A DNA stretch of 34,998 nucleotides from Myxococcales bacterium (GTDB lineage Bacteria; Myxococcota_A; UBA9042; JAGQJP01): NCBI GenBank assembly GCA_020430585.1, contig JAGQJP010000665.1, forward strand, positions 1-34,998. The letters are read 5' to 3'. The stretch's first letter is position 1. Every line of letters starts with the position of its first letter. The translations under genes and the position numbers were made by a program. Under the pieces are notes generated by a model. The model was not told where the DNA came from. It did not search any database and was given only the letters and a program-made list of their open reading frames with translations. This document shows positions 33,479-34,998 of this stretch, piece by piece.

Positions 33479-34612
33479 ATGACAGGCAAGAAATTATTGA
33501 GCTACGCCGTTTTTACCGCCGTATTGTTGGCGGGCATTGCTCCGGCCTTCGGGCAGGCCTGCACGGACAAAGAGAAGGCGAAAACCCACTATCGTCAAGG
33601 GTACGAGCTGTTCACGCAGGAGAAGTACAAGGAGGCGATCGAACAGTTCACGATGGCGCAGAAGTTCTGTCCCGCTCCGCCAAACTTGTACAACATCGCG
33701 AAGAGCCACGAGAAGCTGGCGAACTTCGAAGAGGCGATCAAGTTCTACAAGGGCTACCTCGAGTCCTATCGCAAGAAGAACAACAAGCTCCCGCCGGACT
33801 TCAAGAGCATCAACGAGACGATCAAAACGATGCAGGACAAGCTCACCGAGTCGTTTCCGTTGCTCGTCGTCCGCAGCACGCCGAAGGGCGCGACCGTCTA
33901 TCTCAACAACAAGGACACCGTCCGCGGCACGACGCCGTTTCAGACGAACCTGCGGCCGGGTACGCATACGCTCTATCTCGAGTTGCCAGGCTACGAGCCG
34001 TTCAAGACCGAGTTCACGCTCGAGAAGAAGAAGAACCTGACCCTCGAGTTTCAGCTGACCAAGAGCCAGCGTGTCGGCTACTTGACGATCAACGTCAACG
34101 TGCGCGGCGCGAAGATCTACGTCGACGGCAAGGTGATCGGGATCTCGCCCTACCGCGACAAGATCCTCGTCAACGAAGGCAAGCACCAGATCGTCGTCGA
34201 GCAGGGCGACAAGTACACCAAAGCGGAAGACATCGTCAACGTGCGCAAGGGTGACAACATCACGCGGGGCTACAGGCTCAAGCTGATCAGCCCGCCGATC
34301 AGCTGGCGCGGTGCGGTTGGTTGGACCTTCATCGGTGTCGGGCTCGCGGGGATCGGAACCGGAATCTTGTTCAAGTTCCTCGCGGACAAGAAATTCAAGG
34401 ACACGAGTAGCTTCAAGCTGCGAAAGAACCTGTCGATCACTGGCTACGCCCTCGGGAGCATCTTGATCGGCGCAGGAATCGGCCTCGTCGTCTGGGAGTA
34501 TACTCGCGCCGCAGTCGACGAGAAGGATTTGGTGTACATACCGCGCCTGCAGCTGATCCCCACCAGAGGCGGAACGGTTGGTGTGGGTGCGAGCTGGGGT
34601 TGGACATTCTGA
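33479..34612 (+). CDS. PEGA-domain envelope protein (signal peptide, TPR-like helix pair, two PEGA domains, two C-terminal hydrophobic helices)
   Basis: ATG at 33479 (MTGKKLLSYAVFTAVLLAGIAPAFGQ) is preferred to the track's TTG at 33431. The PEGA-like repeats are LLVVRSTPKGATVYLNNK..RGTTPF...LRPGTHTLYLELPGYEPF and LTINVNVRGAKIYVDGKVIGISPY...GKHQIVVEQ. The hydrophobic helices are GWTFIGVGLAGIGTGILF and GYALGSILIGAGIGLVVW. Confidence 0.75.
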   Translation: MTGKKLLSYAVFTAVLLAGIAPAFGQACTDKEKAKTHYRQGYELFTQEKYKEAIEQFTMAQKFCPAPPNLYNIAKSHEKLANFEEAIKFYKGYLESYRKKNNKLPPDFKSINETIKTMQDKLTESFPLLVVRSTPKGATVYLNNKDTVRGTTPFQTNLRPGTHTLYLELPGYEPFKTEFTLEKKKNLTLEFQLTKSQRVGYLTINVNVRGAKIYVDGKVIGISPYRDKILVNEGKHQIVVEQGDKYTKAEDIVNVRKGDNITRGYRLKLISPPISWRGAVGWTFIGVGLAGIGTGILFKFLADKKFKDTSSFKLRKNLSITGYALGSILIGAGIGLVVWEYTRAAVDEKDLVYIPRLQLIPTRGGTVGVGASWGWTF

Positions 34613-34645
34613 GAACGCGCCGTCAGCGAATAGGAGATCGGCAAC

Positions 34646-34998
34646 ATGCGTAGACGTATATTCTTTCTCGTGATCGGTTCTCTGCTGCTCGCCGCGGCCG
34701 GCTGCGCCGTCGGGATCGAGCCGCCGGACCCGACGGGGATGGTCAAGATTACAGGTGGGGACTTCCGCTTCGGCGAAACCCAGACCTGCTTCAACAACGA
34801 CAGCAACAACTGCAACGACAGCCAACCGTGGCCGGGCGTCACGGTTCACGTCAAGGACTTCTATCTCGACAAGACCGAGGTGACGAACTTCCAATACGAA
34901 TACTGCGTCGCCAAAGGCCAGTGTCCCAAGCAGGACACCTTCGGTACGGGCGGTAGCACGAGCGAGCCGACGCTCTTCCCTTACTACGAAGAGAAGAA
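34646..34998 (+). CDS. Formylglycine-generating-enzyme (SUMF1/FGE) family lipoprotein, N-terminal part; runs off the right edge
   Basis: AGGAGA lies 8 nt upstream of the ATG at 34646. The signal peptide and lipobox read MRRRIFFLVIGSLLLAAAGC. The sequence then reads MVKITGGDFRFGE...VHVKDFYLDKTEVTNFQYEYCVAKGQC, which is typical of the FGE-sulfatase domain start. Confidence 0.7.
   Translation, partial: MRRRIFFLVIGSLLLAAAGCAVGIEPPDPTGMVKITGGDFRFGETQTCFNNDSNNCNDSQPWPGVTVHVKDFYLDKTEVTNFQYEYCVAKGQCPKQDTFGTGGSTSEPTLFPYYEEK

Noticed and set aside
1-34998. A search for tRNA, rRNA or tmRNA genes, transposases, integrases, phage genes, toxin-antitoxin pairs or known defence genes.
   Set aside because: None was found. 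Intergenic space is minimal except at 8320-8473, 16164-16595, 31479-31698 and 33364-33478. None of these contains a T-loop-like GGTTCGAATCC motif or terminal inverted repeats. No ORF shows recombinase or nuclease hallmarks.

Overview
This is a densely coding, high-GC chromosomal segment (roughly mid-60s % by eye, not computed). I support 31 protein-coding genes, two of them truncated at the window edges. I found no rRNA, tRNA, CRISPR array or mobile element. The gene content (two ECF sigma factors, an FHA/TPR membrane protein, a PEGA protein, an FGE-family lipoprotein, a MoxR/vWA operon, many lipoproteins) suggests a Myxococcota-like Gram-negative organism; this is inference only.

Layout, left to right:
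- 1-8319, minus strand: coaBC (5' part), a secreted zinc phospholipase-C-like protein, and a complete oppABCDF-type peptide ABC operon.
- 8474-11200, minus strand: an Slt70-like lytic transglycosylase with TPR-like repeats and an 85-aa Lys/Arg-only tail.
- 11183-13469: a DPPR-synthase-like UbiA prenyltransferase, a small lipoprotein, and a convergent flippase-like membrane protein.
- 13573-16163: rsmB (+), then purE and an ECF sigma factor (both -).
- 16164-16595: a 432-bp, visibly AT-richer divergent intergenic region with nested stem-loops.
- 16596-22134, plus strand: a tightly packed string of FHA-FHA-TM-repeat-TPR protein, mobA, two orphan ABC permeases and nagZ.
- 22113-31478, minus strand: a six-gene operon (giant coiled-coil membrane protein, HExxH/TPR protein, MoxR AAA+, DUF58, BatA_N+vWA protein, PKD/Cys-rich lipoprotein), with four of five junctions being ATGA start/stop overlaps.
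- 31699-34998, plus strand: ECF sigma, anti-sigma, a small secreted protein, a PEGA membrane protein, and the start of an FGE-family lipoprotein.

The best candidate for an undescribed system is the welded MoxR-DUF58-vWA module with its non-canonical partners. Secondary oddities:
- a paired EF-hand insertion in the periplasmic loop of OppC
- the polybasic tail on the lytic transglycosylase
- the ECF sigma with no anti-sigma, divergent from the FHA/TM/TPR gene, with a structured intergenic element between them
- the orphan permease pair translationally overlapped with nagZ

All family assignments come from motif recognition by eye and need HMM or BLAST confirmation.
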